From positions 744,001-808,000 of the forward strand of contig JAYWIR010000013.1 of NCBI GenBank assembly GCA_036172245.1: 64,000 bases of DNA, written 5' to 3'. Source of the stretch: Raillietiella orientalis (Eukaryota). The notes under the pieces were generated by a model. The model had not been told where the DNA came from. It saw only the letters and a program-made list of their open reading frames with translations, and did not search any database. Within the stretch, counting starts at the first letter, position 1. Each line of letters opens with the position of its first letter. A program made the translations under genes and the position numbers. Shown piece by piece: positions 1-13,200 of the stretch.

Positions 1-40
1 AAATCTTTAACTCTCTTCTCTGTTGTATAATACAATTCAC

Positions 41-3000
41 CAAGATTGTGAACAATAGTCTGATGATGTTTGGAACCATTCAAAATTACTTCTTTCATTA
101 CAGTATTCCTTTTCCCATAGCGCAGGCGATAGCCCTGAATAGTTCCATATGCTTCCTCGGGAGGGTTCCACTTCAGATCTGCTGTGATTTCGGAAGAATT
201 TCTCGTTATCAAGCTGTAAATAGTTTCAATAAGTAAAACCAGTAGGCATAAAATCACCTTATATTAAGAGACGGTGGTGATGGCACACCACCAAGTGTTG
301 TTACATTTACAGGAATAGTTCTGCTACCATCACCCTTTCTGGTGAGAGCAGCTAACTGTATTTCATACGTGCTGCTAGGTTGAAGTCCGGTCACAATAAA
401 GTCTTTTGCTTCTCCATTAGCTATGTCATATGTGATAGAACTACCATGTTTTGCCGGGCTCTTTAGAAGACACGAGATCAGTATTACCAAATGCTTTTCT
501 GTCTTTTTTTGTTTTTAACACCTTGAAAAATTTTTCCCTAACATAGATCTGATATCCCATTATAACACCATGTTGCTCATTATCCAAAGGAGGTTTCCAT
601 TTCACACGAACTGCTGTCGAATTCAGAGGATATACCTCCACATCACGGGGCTCACCTGGAACTACATAACGAAAAATTCTGTTCATATTAAAAAAATCCC
701 ATTAATGTGATTTTTCTTTTGTTCCTCTCTTCACACCAGTAACAAATACGGTCAATGTTTTCCGAAACGTTGCTGTAAGGATAGTTCTGTTACACCCTAA
801 ACGGAAAAATCGAAAAACATTGTAAAAAAATATGTGGTGCGCTTAAGAAAATTTACACAAGCACTTCCCAATGTACCGAATCGGACACTTCCTTCTGCAG
901 ATTGCACACGTTCTTTTCCTTTTCCTTCTTAAGCATTAAAGAAAAAATCCCAGATTCATGAACATTTTTGGAATTTAAACTTAAATTGATGAATAACTTC
1001 CTTTCACAGATAACACAGTAGTAAAGGAATAATTTTTGAAGGTGATGGAATCATTTATTTTACAAGTTCAAAGTAAGAAAAAATTCCATAGTTCCTTGGA
1101 TTGAAATCAAAATCGGGAAAGATACCGCAGATTACGACAGCAAAGAACGAGGAAAAACCTCTTCAAATCAAATGTGAGGTGGCTTATGGGGTTCTTGCGG
1201 GGGAGAAGAGATTTTAGCGTTTTATGCAACCACAACCGGACGGAAGACACCACGGAATTCTTGTGACTGCTCAGAGGTGTTCTCGAAGCTTTGCCTTCAG
1301 ATGGGCACTCGACTGAATTGTACATTTTAAACAGACTGCGGAATACGGAGGGCTAATCGAACGGATAGTACGCTGATGCAACTCGAAAAAACATAAATTT
1401 CCTTGATCAAATAACTTGGTTAACGAATATTTGATCGACGGAACCCGAAAGGATCGTTTCGCTGAGAGCTGTTTTCGAGTGGAACTTAACGTTTCACGTG
1501 ATTCAAGATAAACAGGAAAATGTTGATATGATGGGCTCCTGATATCAAGAGCATTTTGGGAAAATTCAAAACACTGTCGTTTCTGTTGCGTGTCAGTGTC
1601 GTAGCAAAGGGAAATCTCTCGTTTAATGATCGCACGAAAGTCAGGTCATCATGTGAATTAATACACATGCGCTAAAGGGCAATAGAAACGACATCGGTGT
1701 CATACAATTAGCACACGCCCAAAACTTTGTTTTGTCTTTTTTTTTGTTAAAAAAAAACTTAACCTAACATACCTTTTTTGCTATTTTTTTTTAGAAAAAA
1801 AAGCAAAAAAAGACAAAAAAGTTTTCGGCACAGACACATGCAAATGTGTAACATTACATGTTTGTACATGGAGAATTATCAAGGGTAATAAAAGTGGTTC
1901 TACAAGCATGAACGTACAGATAAAAAACGGAAATGTACATGGTTGGACTATTCGCAACTCGAAGGACCCTTCTTTTGCTAATTAGGTTGCATCGTCTTAT
2001 GCCCTGTCAGCCCCAGTCTTCCTTTTTATTCTCGACTGATTGGGAAGAAACCAAACGGGAAAACTTCTTAAGGTTCCGGAGGCAATCTTATGCTCGAGTT
2101 GGAACTGGAAACTTTCAATGGAGCTGCGGATGCGATAACAGCCGGACACATGAAATGTGCAACCAGCGTCTGTGTCAGCATATGACGAATATTCGTTTAA
2201 GGTATACCGGCGCAAATCCCATGAAAGCATTAAAATAATTTCTGCACCCGATGCTGTTCGTGTTGCTTTTAATAAACCACTTTTCCTTAAGCTAGTATGA
2301 ATTCAGCGCGAAATATGGATTAAACTGTACTAATATGTTTTATTATTATTATTATTCTTAGGTTCAGTTGCACACGTGGCTCATGCTTCGGTATTTTCTA
2401 TTCTGTGAGCCTGTCCGAGACTTCAGCCACATGGTTTAAGAGACCGTTTTCACATTGGTACTGCCATTCATGGACGTGTTCTTTCGATCACTCCCTATAC
2501 ATTTTCACATGTTTGGAGAGAACAGACACGCATTCCGTAGCAACTACAGTGCTACCGAAGATCACTACTTGGGATTGGGTTGCAGTGTTTCTGACAAAAC
2601 GCAACTCCCACTCTGATAAAACCTTTGTAGGAAATGTCTTTACCCGAACAACTGCAACAGAATTTTAATTAGTCCACACAGGCAACTAACACGCATGTGA
2701 AGTAAACACTGGTTCCGTACAGAAAAGCCCACGAATTCGTGACAACGCACACTTTGTAGAACGAACACTGGGTACGTAGGGAAGAATACGGGTATTCGGT
2801 CTCTCTCTCTTTTTTTTTTTTTCAAATGGATGAAGATGAAAATTTCAACATAAAATAATTTTCTCCTATATCCTGATGCTAGATCTCGGTTATATATTAA
2901 GATGAGATAAGATCCTTCCCTAAGATAGGACTTTGCAATACTTTTCATCCCCCTGACTAGATTATGGTTCCCCCAGACGTAGGGAAGAACACGAATATTG

Positions 3001-6000
3001 GGTCTCTTTTGCGGAGGGGGTGTTTATCAGCGCACTGTGCATACCCGTAACACTTCGTGACTACGTAAGCGGGTTCCGTTGAAACGAAGGAAGAAGAAAA
3101 CTGCATGTTGGGGGAAATGTTTCCACTGCTGAAAACATTCGGAAAACATACAAATTTGTGTTTTCTTAAAAATTTGAATGGGGGAGGGGAACCAAATGAC
3201 AAAAGCAGACCAGTATCTCTCTTGTGGACTGTAATGCCAACAAATTGCTTTCCGAAAGCAAAGAAATCACAAAAATGGAACCCACACAAACAAAACGTAA
3301 CACATTTTCAAAATCTTATCGAAAACACAGATGCGAATCAATCCCGAAACGAAAGACTGCAACTCCGCGTCCGAAGTGAGGAGGCTGTGTGTGTGTGTGT
3401 GTGTGCTTTGTTGCAAATAAAACACACACACACACATAGCCTTCCACGTATTCATGTAATTCGAACTTATCATCACTTGTCTCACCTTGCTGGAAAACAA
3501 CAAAATACAATTTACCACAGGCAAGATGCCATTTACAGACTTTACGATCCCGAATATCCCGAACTCTTAAATCGGTCAATGCTCATTCCACATATGGAAA
3601 ATGCTGGTATAAAATCTTGCTCACATCAGTGTGAAAGCACAAACAAGCTCACAAATCATGCAAGTGTCATCAAAAACGAATAGCAAGCAATCAATAAATT
3701 AATGAAAGAAAAAAAGCCATGTGCAACAGAATCTGGGTAGGAAAAATCGGAAATAATGGTTCACATGGGTACGTACCATCTTCGTATGTTTGGACAGTGA
3801 CCGGATTCGAAAATGGTCCATCTCCTACTGTAGTACCTGCCAATATCCATATCTCATACTTAGTCCAGCTTAACAAATTGTCAATTACAAATTCTCTTGT
3901 CTCTGGGCTATCAATTTTAATTTCTGTTGGATTTTCATTTGGTGAGAGCACCTCACGATAGCGAATTTTGTAATAAGTGATTTTGCCATTTCTGAAGTTA
4001 TCGAGAGGCGGATCCCATAATATTTGCACAGCTTGGGAATCAATGGGTTGGGCTCTGATATTTATAGGAGGAGCTCCAGGTACTAGGCAAGCAGTGCAGG
4101 TAATAGCATTAAAATAAAACACAAAAAAGAAACAAAATATTAAATAATGTATAACAGAAATCAATTAAATAAAAACATTTAGGACTAGGCCTAAATCAAA
4201 ATCACTTGTGAAACAATAATGCTTTCAGAAATTCTAGTTTAAAAGATTCATGGATGCAACCGTAAGTACACAAATGAGTTGCTGATCACTGATGTTTGCA
4301 CAGGTGTCAAGAACAAAACAAAAACAAAGCAACAACAACAAAAAACAAAAAAATACAAAATCTAAGCATGCATACATGTGTACTGGTAGCACAAAGAAGA
4401 CAAGGAAATGCATCTCATTGAAGGTGAAAGTACAGGATTCAAATAACATGATCCCACAAACGCAATCCCAACTGGGATGATTACAAACTGCAATTTGACT
4501 AACCATATTCTTCAGTTGTAACAAACAGCGTATTTGTGGATGCACCTTCCCCACGAGCAGATGCAGCAGCTAGCCAAACCATATAAGGAGTGTTTGGATA
4601 CAGTGCATCTAATGTGTAGGTTGTAACAACAGGGATGCGTTTACTCTTAAACTCCTAGCAAAATTCGTGATTGCACTATACAGAATACAATAGTTACTTT
4701 GGAGTAAGTGTCATTCCAATAAATCCAATAATTGAGGATATTTTCTCCGGAATGAGAAGGGGGGTCCCATGAAAATGTGATTGAAGAGGCATTTTTTTGC
4801 TTGACACCAAAGTTCATGGGTTGAGATGGGACTAAAACATGAAAACTTACACTTAGATTAGGCGACCACTTTACCAACCTCCTTGTTGTATCTTAACTTG
4901 AATAGGTTCAGAAACAGGACCAGGACCCACACTTGTAAATGCTTGCACCCTGATGGTATAGGTCGCAAGAGGAGTCAAATCAGGAATGATTGTCAATCCT
5001 CGTTTATCAACTTTTCGTACTTCCCACTGTGCTAGAGGTAGAGTGGGATCGACTGTATAATACACTTTGTATTGCTGAAACAAATCCACGATAGCTGATT
5101 ACAACAGTGAAATATTTCGTACAGATGGAAGTAAATAAAATGATGTACATTTACGCTGCTTTCTTTACGCGCTGCTTATGGTGTAGACGAAAACGGACTG
5201 ACTGACAGGAGACCGGATTTGTCAAAATCCTCATATGATTACGTGAAAAGTATCTATACTATGAATTTTTTTTCATTTTATTTACTTTGATTTTAAGCAA
5301 CGCTACAAAAATCTTGGCTGTAATCTTTCTTTTCCGGGACTTTTAAATTTAGTCTTACTGTATTTTAGAATCCTAATTGCAATAGTCGCCCTCATGCAAT
5401 TATTCCTCGCTTGGAAACCATTTTCATCTAATTAACGCTTTTCTGCTTAAGAGCAAACATACATTTATATGCTGCTGACTTGGATCAGGAGATCAGGAGA
5501 TTTTTACTCTGATCGAAACGATGTAAAGACCAGTAATGTTATGAAATTAACGAATCATGCTGGTGTTGCTGCAGGGCATTCCTGTTCCAAGTACCTGTCA
5601 TGATAACTTAAGATTTGCTGTTTTCCTGGTTCTAATGCATCTGTTTCTATCTGCAACACTTATTCAAGTGATCCCTACATCATATCCAATTTTACGCCTG
5701 TTCGGGATGACTCGTATTGCTGTTGATTTCATGTTCCACCCTCAACCTGAGCTTTTGATTATCTCACAACTGCTACTTGTATCTGGGTTTTCACCCGCCA
5801 AGTATCTCAAACTTTCAGTTGCGAAAATGTGCACTTATAGCAAGGCATTAGACTCTGATTTGTCAATACAATCAAACCGATTTCGCTACACCAATGAGGT
5901 ATGTAACTGACAATATCTACTTACTTGTATTTTTCCATTACTTCTTTCTGGTTCCTCCCATTGGATTGCTATCGTACTGGAACTAAGTGGTCTCGAAGTG

Positions 6001-7202
6001 ATATTTCTTGGTGTGCTGTCTGGTACTGGAATGAAACTCGAATAAATTTGGATCAACGTTCACATACTTCAACGAAATCTGTATGGATATTGGATTTCAT
6101 GTTCCAATAAATACACATGATTACAGTTTTATAAATGTAACGCCAAAATTTCTTAAGAGCGGCACATTTTTTTAATCATATACCAGCTTGGCCAGAGGAT
6201 TTTGATGCATTTTCTCTATGGTACTACCGGTTAAGATAGCGATTACTTAAATTAGAAAAAAAAGGAAAAAAAAAAGGCGAAACTATCATTCAAACTAACT
6301 GATCCAAACCATTTTTTGTTTCTGTGAATAGAAAAAACAAATTTTTGTACAAGAAAGGAGCCGCACTTCCACAGCTGCAAGACACTAGAGTGAAAATTTT
6401 ATGAAAACAGTCCACATTCTTCAACAGCCATATTGTGAATCCTAAATTCCGACTCGAAGACGAAGTAGATACATGATAAGAATAGAGTATCTTACGGATT
6501 AAATAAAAAATTTTGAAAAAAGTCGAAACAAAGCTTTCTCAAAAAAGATGCTAATGACTTAGACAAGACGCGGGGGGAGCTTTCATACCGTTAAAGGAAT
6601 GCTGCAGTTTACGGATTAATATTTATGTGCAGGAAAGTTTTTCTTCACATGAAAAAGAAACAGAAATGCCCACTAATGATCTGAAAATAAGACTGGGAGA
6701 ACTGGAAACACTACAGTGTTCGATTGTATCTCTGGAATATCAGCTGTTTTCTGCGCGTTACCAAACAGTTATCAAACCGAGGGACACTGACGGTGTAGAT
6801 TTCCAAAATGGTATCAAGCAGCATAGGACACTCACAGAATGGCCACGTTTGTGACTCCACTGACCACGCACATAGGAACATTATTTGAAAAACTTATGAA
6901 AGTTGTTACTACTACGAAACACAAAACTTACCGATATGCAAGCCTGAAATGGTATAGTAGATAATAATAATAATAGACCATAAAACCCATAGTATAATAG
7001 ATAATAATTTAGATTCAGTTATGGAATAACGAGAAGCAAAACCACCATCTCTAGAATACCTATTCCATGGAATCGCAGGTGGAAGATGAAGAGTAGATCA
7101 TCATGATTTCGTCAACTCAAAAGAATCAACCCTTTGAGAAAGAATTGTCAGATAAACACAACAGGGACAAGACCAGCGAGGACATTTTTCTTGTTTTTTC
7201 TT

Positions 7203-7240
<38 letters not shown>

Positions 7241-10200
7241 GGAAACCACAAACCCAGTAAGAGAAGGAATAAAAGGATGGAGGACACACTACTTTCAACA
7301 CGAACAAGATAAAGATAGAACTATTGATTTTGTAAAGCAACTGAACTGCAAACATCCTGAGCTTGATCTATGGGAAAAACTTCACTTAAACCTGATCTTC
7401 TTTTTAGAGTATTGATTCCACAAAAAATTTATGTATTTGCATCAGTTAGAAGGGGGGACCGGTACGAAAATAGAATCATGGATAATGGTTTCGTACTCAT
7501 CAAAAGGAAGCATCTCAAGCTACTGATCACACATTTCCGTGATTCAGTTTCACCTGGTTAGCTTAGCTCTGTTTTTCCTTCGCAACATTCCACCTTCCTA
7601 CTGACAGATGCTTGTCAGGAAATCACCGTTATTTAATGCTATGGACGTCCACGTACAAGCTCACTAAGCACGAGCAAAATGGTTGCATTCCGTACTACCC
7701 AGACGATTGACTACTATGACACTCAGGTCGTCATGGCAAGCAATTCCTATGGATACAAAATATTTTTCTCTCCAAATAATGAAATCAAATACGAAGTAAT
7801 CGAATTTGCAACACGTGTCAGAAAGGCCAACGATCAAGCGGTCGTAAAGGAGAGCGAGTAAAAAGGTACACGGAAGTATTCAGAATACAGATACAACTTC
7901 TAGTGCAGCCACCTTGAGAAATTACATCCATTTACATCGACACACATGTTTTGCTTTTACTTCAGTTCCTCTCTTCTAGAGAAAGTGATCAAATAAAATT
8001 CTGGAGAATTACCCATTTCCCCAGTTGTTACTACAACTGGAGAGGAGCGTGGTCCATGTCCTATGTTGTTGACAGCGAGGACGTAGAATTCATACTCAGT
8101 GTATGGGCTCAAATCTCTGACGGTGTAGAACAAGGAACTGACGCCAGTGATTTCTGACAAGTTCTAAAAAGAAGGGGAAGACGTAATAAGGCCGCGATAG
8201 ATTCCTCATTTGCCTTACCTGTGTGGACAACTTTGGTTTAAATTGGATAATATAGTAGTTAACGGTGCTGCTTTCATCGTACGTCCAGGCAATGGTAACT
8301 GCATTAGTTCTTACATCTGACACCCGAACGTTACTTGGAGCAGCAGGTAACGCTGAAAGGTGTACATCACTCTCAAAACGACACAAATAGGTAAGCAAAA
8401 GTGCTACCATCTTTACATGAGCGCGTGGCAAGGCAAAGAACAGAAAAATTTACAGTGGCCCCAATGGGAATCACTTGCGAAATGAAACAAGAGAACCAAA
8501 CAACTGTTTCCTCATCTTGATGAACACGATATGCAGATGACCTCAGTGAAAAAACCTGGATTTCTGGTACACGGAAATGCAAAATTCCTTTTAAAAACAA
8601 GAAGAAAAAAAAAAAAAAAGGAAAAGAAAAAAAAGGACTTTCGTATAATAAACATAGGCATGTATAAAGCAACCTGGTCTACAGAAAGAAAAAAGTGGAT
8701 AAGTGAAGAAGCCGAGTCGAAAGGCATACCCATGAGCCGGAATAAAATCGATGGCGAAGAGGTCCACGGAAGACATCCGCAACAAGAGAACGAAAAATCC
8801 CTGTTTACCTTGAACTTTGACGGTCACAGTTCTTTCCGCTTTTCCCAATTTGTTTGTTGCAACACACGTGTAGTTGGCTGATTCCGTAAGATTCGACAAC
8901 TCCAAAGCATTCCGCTCCATTTCTTTTTTGCTAACAAAATCGAGATCCGATTCTTTCCTCCAGTATACGTAAAGAGGAGAGGACCCTTTTGCTACGCAAG
9001 TCAAATTAAGGTGCATTCCTGGCATGACTTCATGTGTAGTTTCTGGAAACTCGACAAAATCTGGAGGCGCTTTCTTCGCTAAAACAGCCGGTTGAAATGC
9101 AGACAACCAAACAAAAGAAATGTGAAATACCTCTCACGTACACTTCTCCGGGAGAAGAGAGAGCAGATCCTTTTGAGTTTTCCGCTAAGCATTCGTACAT
9201 ACCAGAATCTGATTCCTCGCTGTTCTGGATGTGAAGGGCGCCTAAGAACCAGGAAACAGTAGTAGGGCTGTTTAAAGGGCGATTCAGGAAGAAAGCGCGA
9301 AATTCAAGAGACGGCGACAGATACGGTGTGAGTTGAGAGAAAATGTAATGGTTGAGAGACGGCTCCGAACGAGAGGGACGGCACGGAACGGCAGTGAAGG
9401 AAATACACTTTTCGTTTCGAGAGGAGCACATGCTTTCATTTGCTCAAGGCATCGGCGATAAAAGCGTCTGATTCTGAGGAAGACCACGAAACACGCGTTC
9501 ACAACTGTGATCCAAATGAATTTCCGAGCTTTTCGGCTTGCTCTCGACGACCAGTATCCAAAATAAGCGCACAAAACTGTTGTATCACATGGTTCTGGTC
9601 TTGGCTAAGCAATGTCAAGAAAAGTGAAGAAGTTGCTTGCTAGAGTTTCCTCCACTTCAAGGTACATCAAAAGGCAATACACGCGTCATCTTTCGAGAAA
9701 AGAACCCAAGTAGGAGCCCATCAAAGCATTTCTCCGCCTTGAGAAACACTAATAGCATCTGCTAGAACACGAGGTTATTCGGTACCTACGCAGAGTACAC
9801 AGAAAACTGAAAATGGTAAAACGGGGTCGATCGAACCAATAGCCTGAGGATAGAAAGTGCGTCGAGATGGTACTGCCTGGAATAAAATAAGAGAATAAAA
9901 TAAAAGAAGAGGAATAAAATAAGAGAAGCAGCCATGATGCATTATCTTTTTCAAGAGAAATTTTCACTACATCGTCTGAATTCGAACTTTAAACAAGCAC
10001 GCTAAAAGTACACAAAACACGGTCGACTCGAAAAAACTGCGAGTAACCTGATTATCGGTAAAATCCAGTGAGTACTGAAAACCAAATGTGGTGCAGGCAA
10101 TGACGCTGGCATACTGGAACTCACCAGGAACTGCTCTGTAATGAGGCACTGAAGTACAGATCTACAGCAAGACACTTGTTTATCGTTCACTGATACAAAG

Positions 10201-13200
10201 AAAACCATCAGCACACGAATGATAACCAAATCAATCAGAGGCAAACTTCGAAACATGCGTACGAGAAAGCACCCTCCTACGGAGAGAACGATGAAGACAT
10301 GGACACGATGTCAAGACAACACTTGCAAAACACAAACATATACCTTTCTCTCAGGAAAGTGGAACACGGAACTCGAAAATTTACTCGGAAACTTCGCAAC
10401 AAACTGATTTTATTTCAGGTAAACGATTAAAAGCCAGATTACTTGCTGTTACTTTTCTTACGTAATTTTCGTCAAACTTTGGTAGAGTTAGATAAATGTT
10501 CGATTCCGGAAGATCCCTGGACCCCGGCTGGTTTCTTGCAGGGCCATCCCCATATCAGAATCGCTCCGCCAACACTATGCTATTCACCAGCAGCAAGGAT
10601 GGGGAAAAAAGAAAAAACGAAGTTGTCCGCCTAGTTCCATACCTGGGCTTCAAGAAAATACTTTTACCATTTTTGAGACTGGAGGAATATTAGAGTTGTA
10701 CCACGATGTGTACTGCCATACAACACCATGCTTGCGGTAAGCAACGCGTGACACTTCTCTCTTTCTTCGGACACCTGTTCGGAGTGGTTGTGAAGTTTCA
10801 CAATAAGAAGTCACACTTATTGTTTCCATTTTGCATGATGACGACTCAGTTCAAGGCCAATCGCCTCAAAGGCAACAAAAAGTAATCGTGATCACCCTCA
10901 GTTCCGATTCCGACCTCTGCAATGCTCGCATTCCTTGCGTGATAACTACTTGCACTAGACTTGAGGTGATATAATGATTGCACCCAAATCTAGTAACCCA
11001 TCAAGATGTCCTCAAGCATAGACCAAATACCAACTTAGAAACAAGTCAGCGTACGCGTGATTCTCCGATAACAGTTAGGGAGTCCCACCGGACCGAAACT
11101 TCGTCGAATCTTCGTTGAATTATCAGCAACATGGTGCCTGAGATTCGAAGCGAGAAGTATCAAAGTCATCCCGCATTTCTATCAGCTACTCTTGTTGGTT
11201 CTCCCGTCTTGCAGCGACAGTAGTACTCCAGCTTCCTTCCAGGAACTACGTGCATCACTCCGATGAGTCTCGATCGACTCAAAACTTTTCCAAGTTAACA
11301 ATAAAACCAGGAAAACAAACGCACACCGATCTTTCCTGTTCCAAAATCGAAACAGATCCCATTCTACTGGGAACAACACGTCAAGGAAAGCAGCCACTTC
11401 TCACTCCATGCAGACAAAAGCATGAAGCAGCTGCAACTGCTCCACTTCACATTGCTGTTATATGTCCTGACGAAATAGCGAGATGCCATCAAAAATCTTT
11501 GGGTTACCACTACGGCTCCGGAGATCCACAGGTTGCAAGAGCAGTTCCCAAGCACCCCTCATATTCAACTAGCCTGTTCCCAGCGTGCGACACTTTTGAA
11601 GGTCCAAGATATATCTGACTCCGTTTATATAAGAGACCTAACAGCTACTAGAGAAAACACCGGAACCCTAAATGAATACCTTCAGAATGCAACTATTCCG
11701 GGTGACACCGCTGAAGGTATCGAAAATCTGATCTTGCCTGAGTGAGGCAAGATCAGATTTTCGAGAAAAGAATCACCATTTCTCCGAAACATTTTCCTAG
11801 GTGTACCACCTAGGAAAACGCAGTCTTTTAAACACGGAAAAACACTGCAACAACACAGGCCAACTGAATTGAAGTTACTGGTAAAATGAGTAAAAGCATA
11901 AAAATACAATCATAAAAATCATAAAAAACCAAAGCTGCCTACACAGGCTCGAAACCAACCGGTAAACATGGGAAATGCATGACACTTTTCCCAGTTTACG
12001 TCAACAGAAACCCTTCTAACAGTTTTTTGCTTAGACGTGATGAGGAGTGATCATGAGTAACAGACTTTTGGAAAAAATGATAATTATGAATGACTTAATA
12101 TGATTGCGAGGAACTCCCATCAGCAGAACACGAGCAACCTATTGGACACACAAAGGAATTTGAATTTGCATGAAGCAACACTTTGAGCTCTAAGATTATA
12201 AGAGACAAAAGTAAAACAAACCATGGCAACCACACTATTTACAATAACAACTGCACAAGACTAGTTGAATAACTGAATCCTTTTTTGTTTGTCAAAATTA
12301 GGAAGAAGAAGAAGAAAAAAGGATTTCTGAAACCGAAATTCACCAATGCTTTTATTCATTCTATCCATCACAGCTTGAGGAACCTGACTCTAGGAATCTG
12401 TCACTTTGTCCATGCACTTTTCATGACAACTACGTGAAAGTTTCTCATAACTAAAGAAAATTTTCCATAACATCTGTATTTCCCTGTGAATGTAACTGTC
12501 CAAAGTACTGAAGGAACCAAAAACTAGAGTTAACACTCCTGACTACATTGTGAAGTGACTTCCAATCAATCAACAGAACTGCAAACCAGCACATATGCAA
12601 ATTCAATAAAAATGCCAAAGGAGATCTCAGATGTGATACTCCGTGATAAAATCTGACATAAAAAAAAAAAACACTAAATGTGTTTGCTCTTAATTTGGGT
12701 TTGAACATCACATATGCTTGATTACATGACCCAATGAATGCAACGAAGCTCTCTGGTTGCCATAGTCTTATTGAGTGTATAAAAAAAAAAAAAAAGTGTT
12801 TCAGGATGCTACTGCTTTGCAAATCCAACATTCAAAAACACACACAAAAAAAAGATCTCATATGTTTCAAATGCTTGTGTTTTTTTCTTCTTCTTTCACG
12901 GGAATCTTTAAAAGTCCTGGCGATAACACATGTTCTTACGGAAGTTCTAGCAGAATGCTAGTTTAGGGAACCTAAAATCCGATGCTACCTTCACTTCTGG
13001 CAAAAGAGGATTCAAGGAGAAAAGTGAGACATGGTGTCGTTCGATGTGCTCAATAACCTATGGGACAGTTTCATTGCCATTGCTGAAAATTCTTTGTGTA
13101 GGGAAAACCTCGCTTTCTAAATTTACGACCGGATGAAATCCAATCCTGTTTGCTTCACACTAAGAACACTGTCTCAGTGTCAGTGTCTTATACGCCCGCA

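Noticed and set aside
9749..9876. Strong polypyrimidine-CAG acceptor in the MeA intron reading GSTIST...
   Set aside because: No good frame-preserving donor; the tract is a short tandem duplication.
11250..11618. 122-aa plus-strand ORF nested in the Lar intron
   Set aside because: Non-ATG start, no recognisable domain, no splice support.
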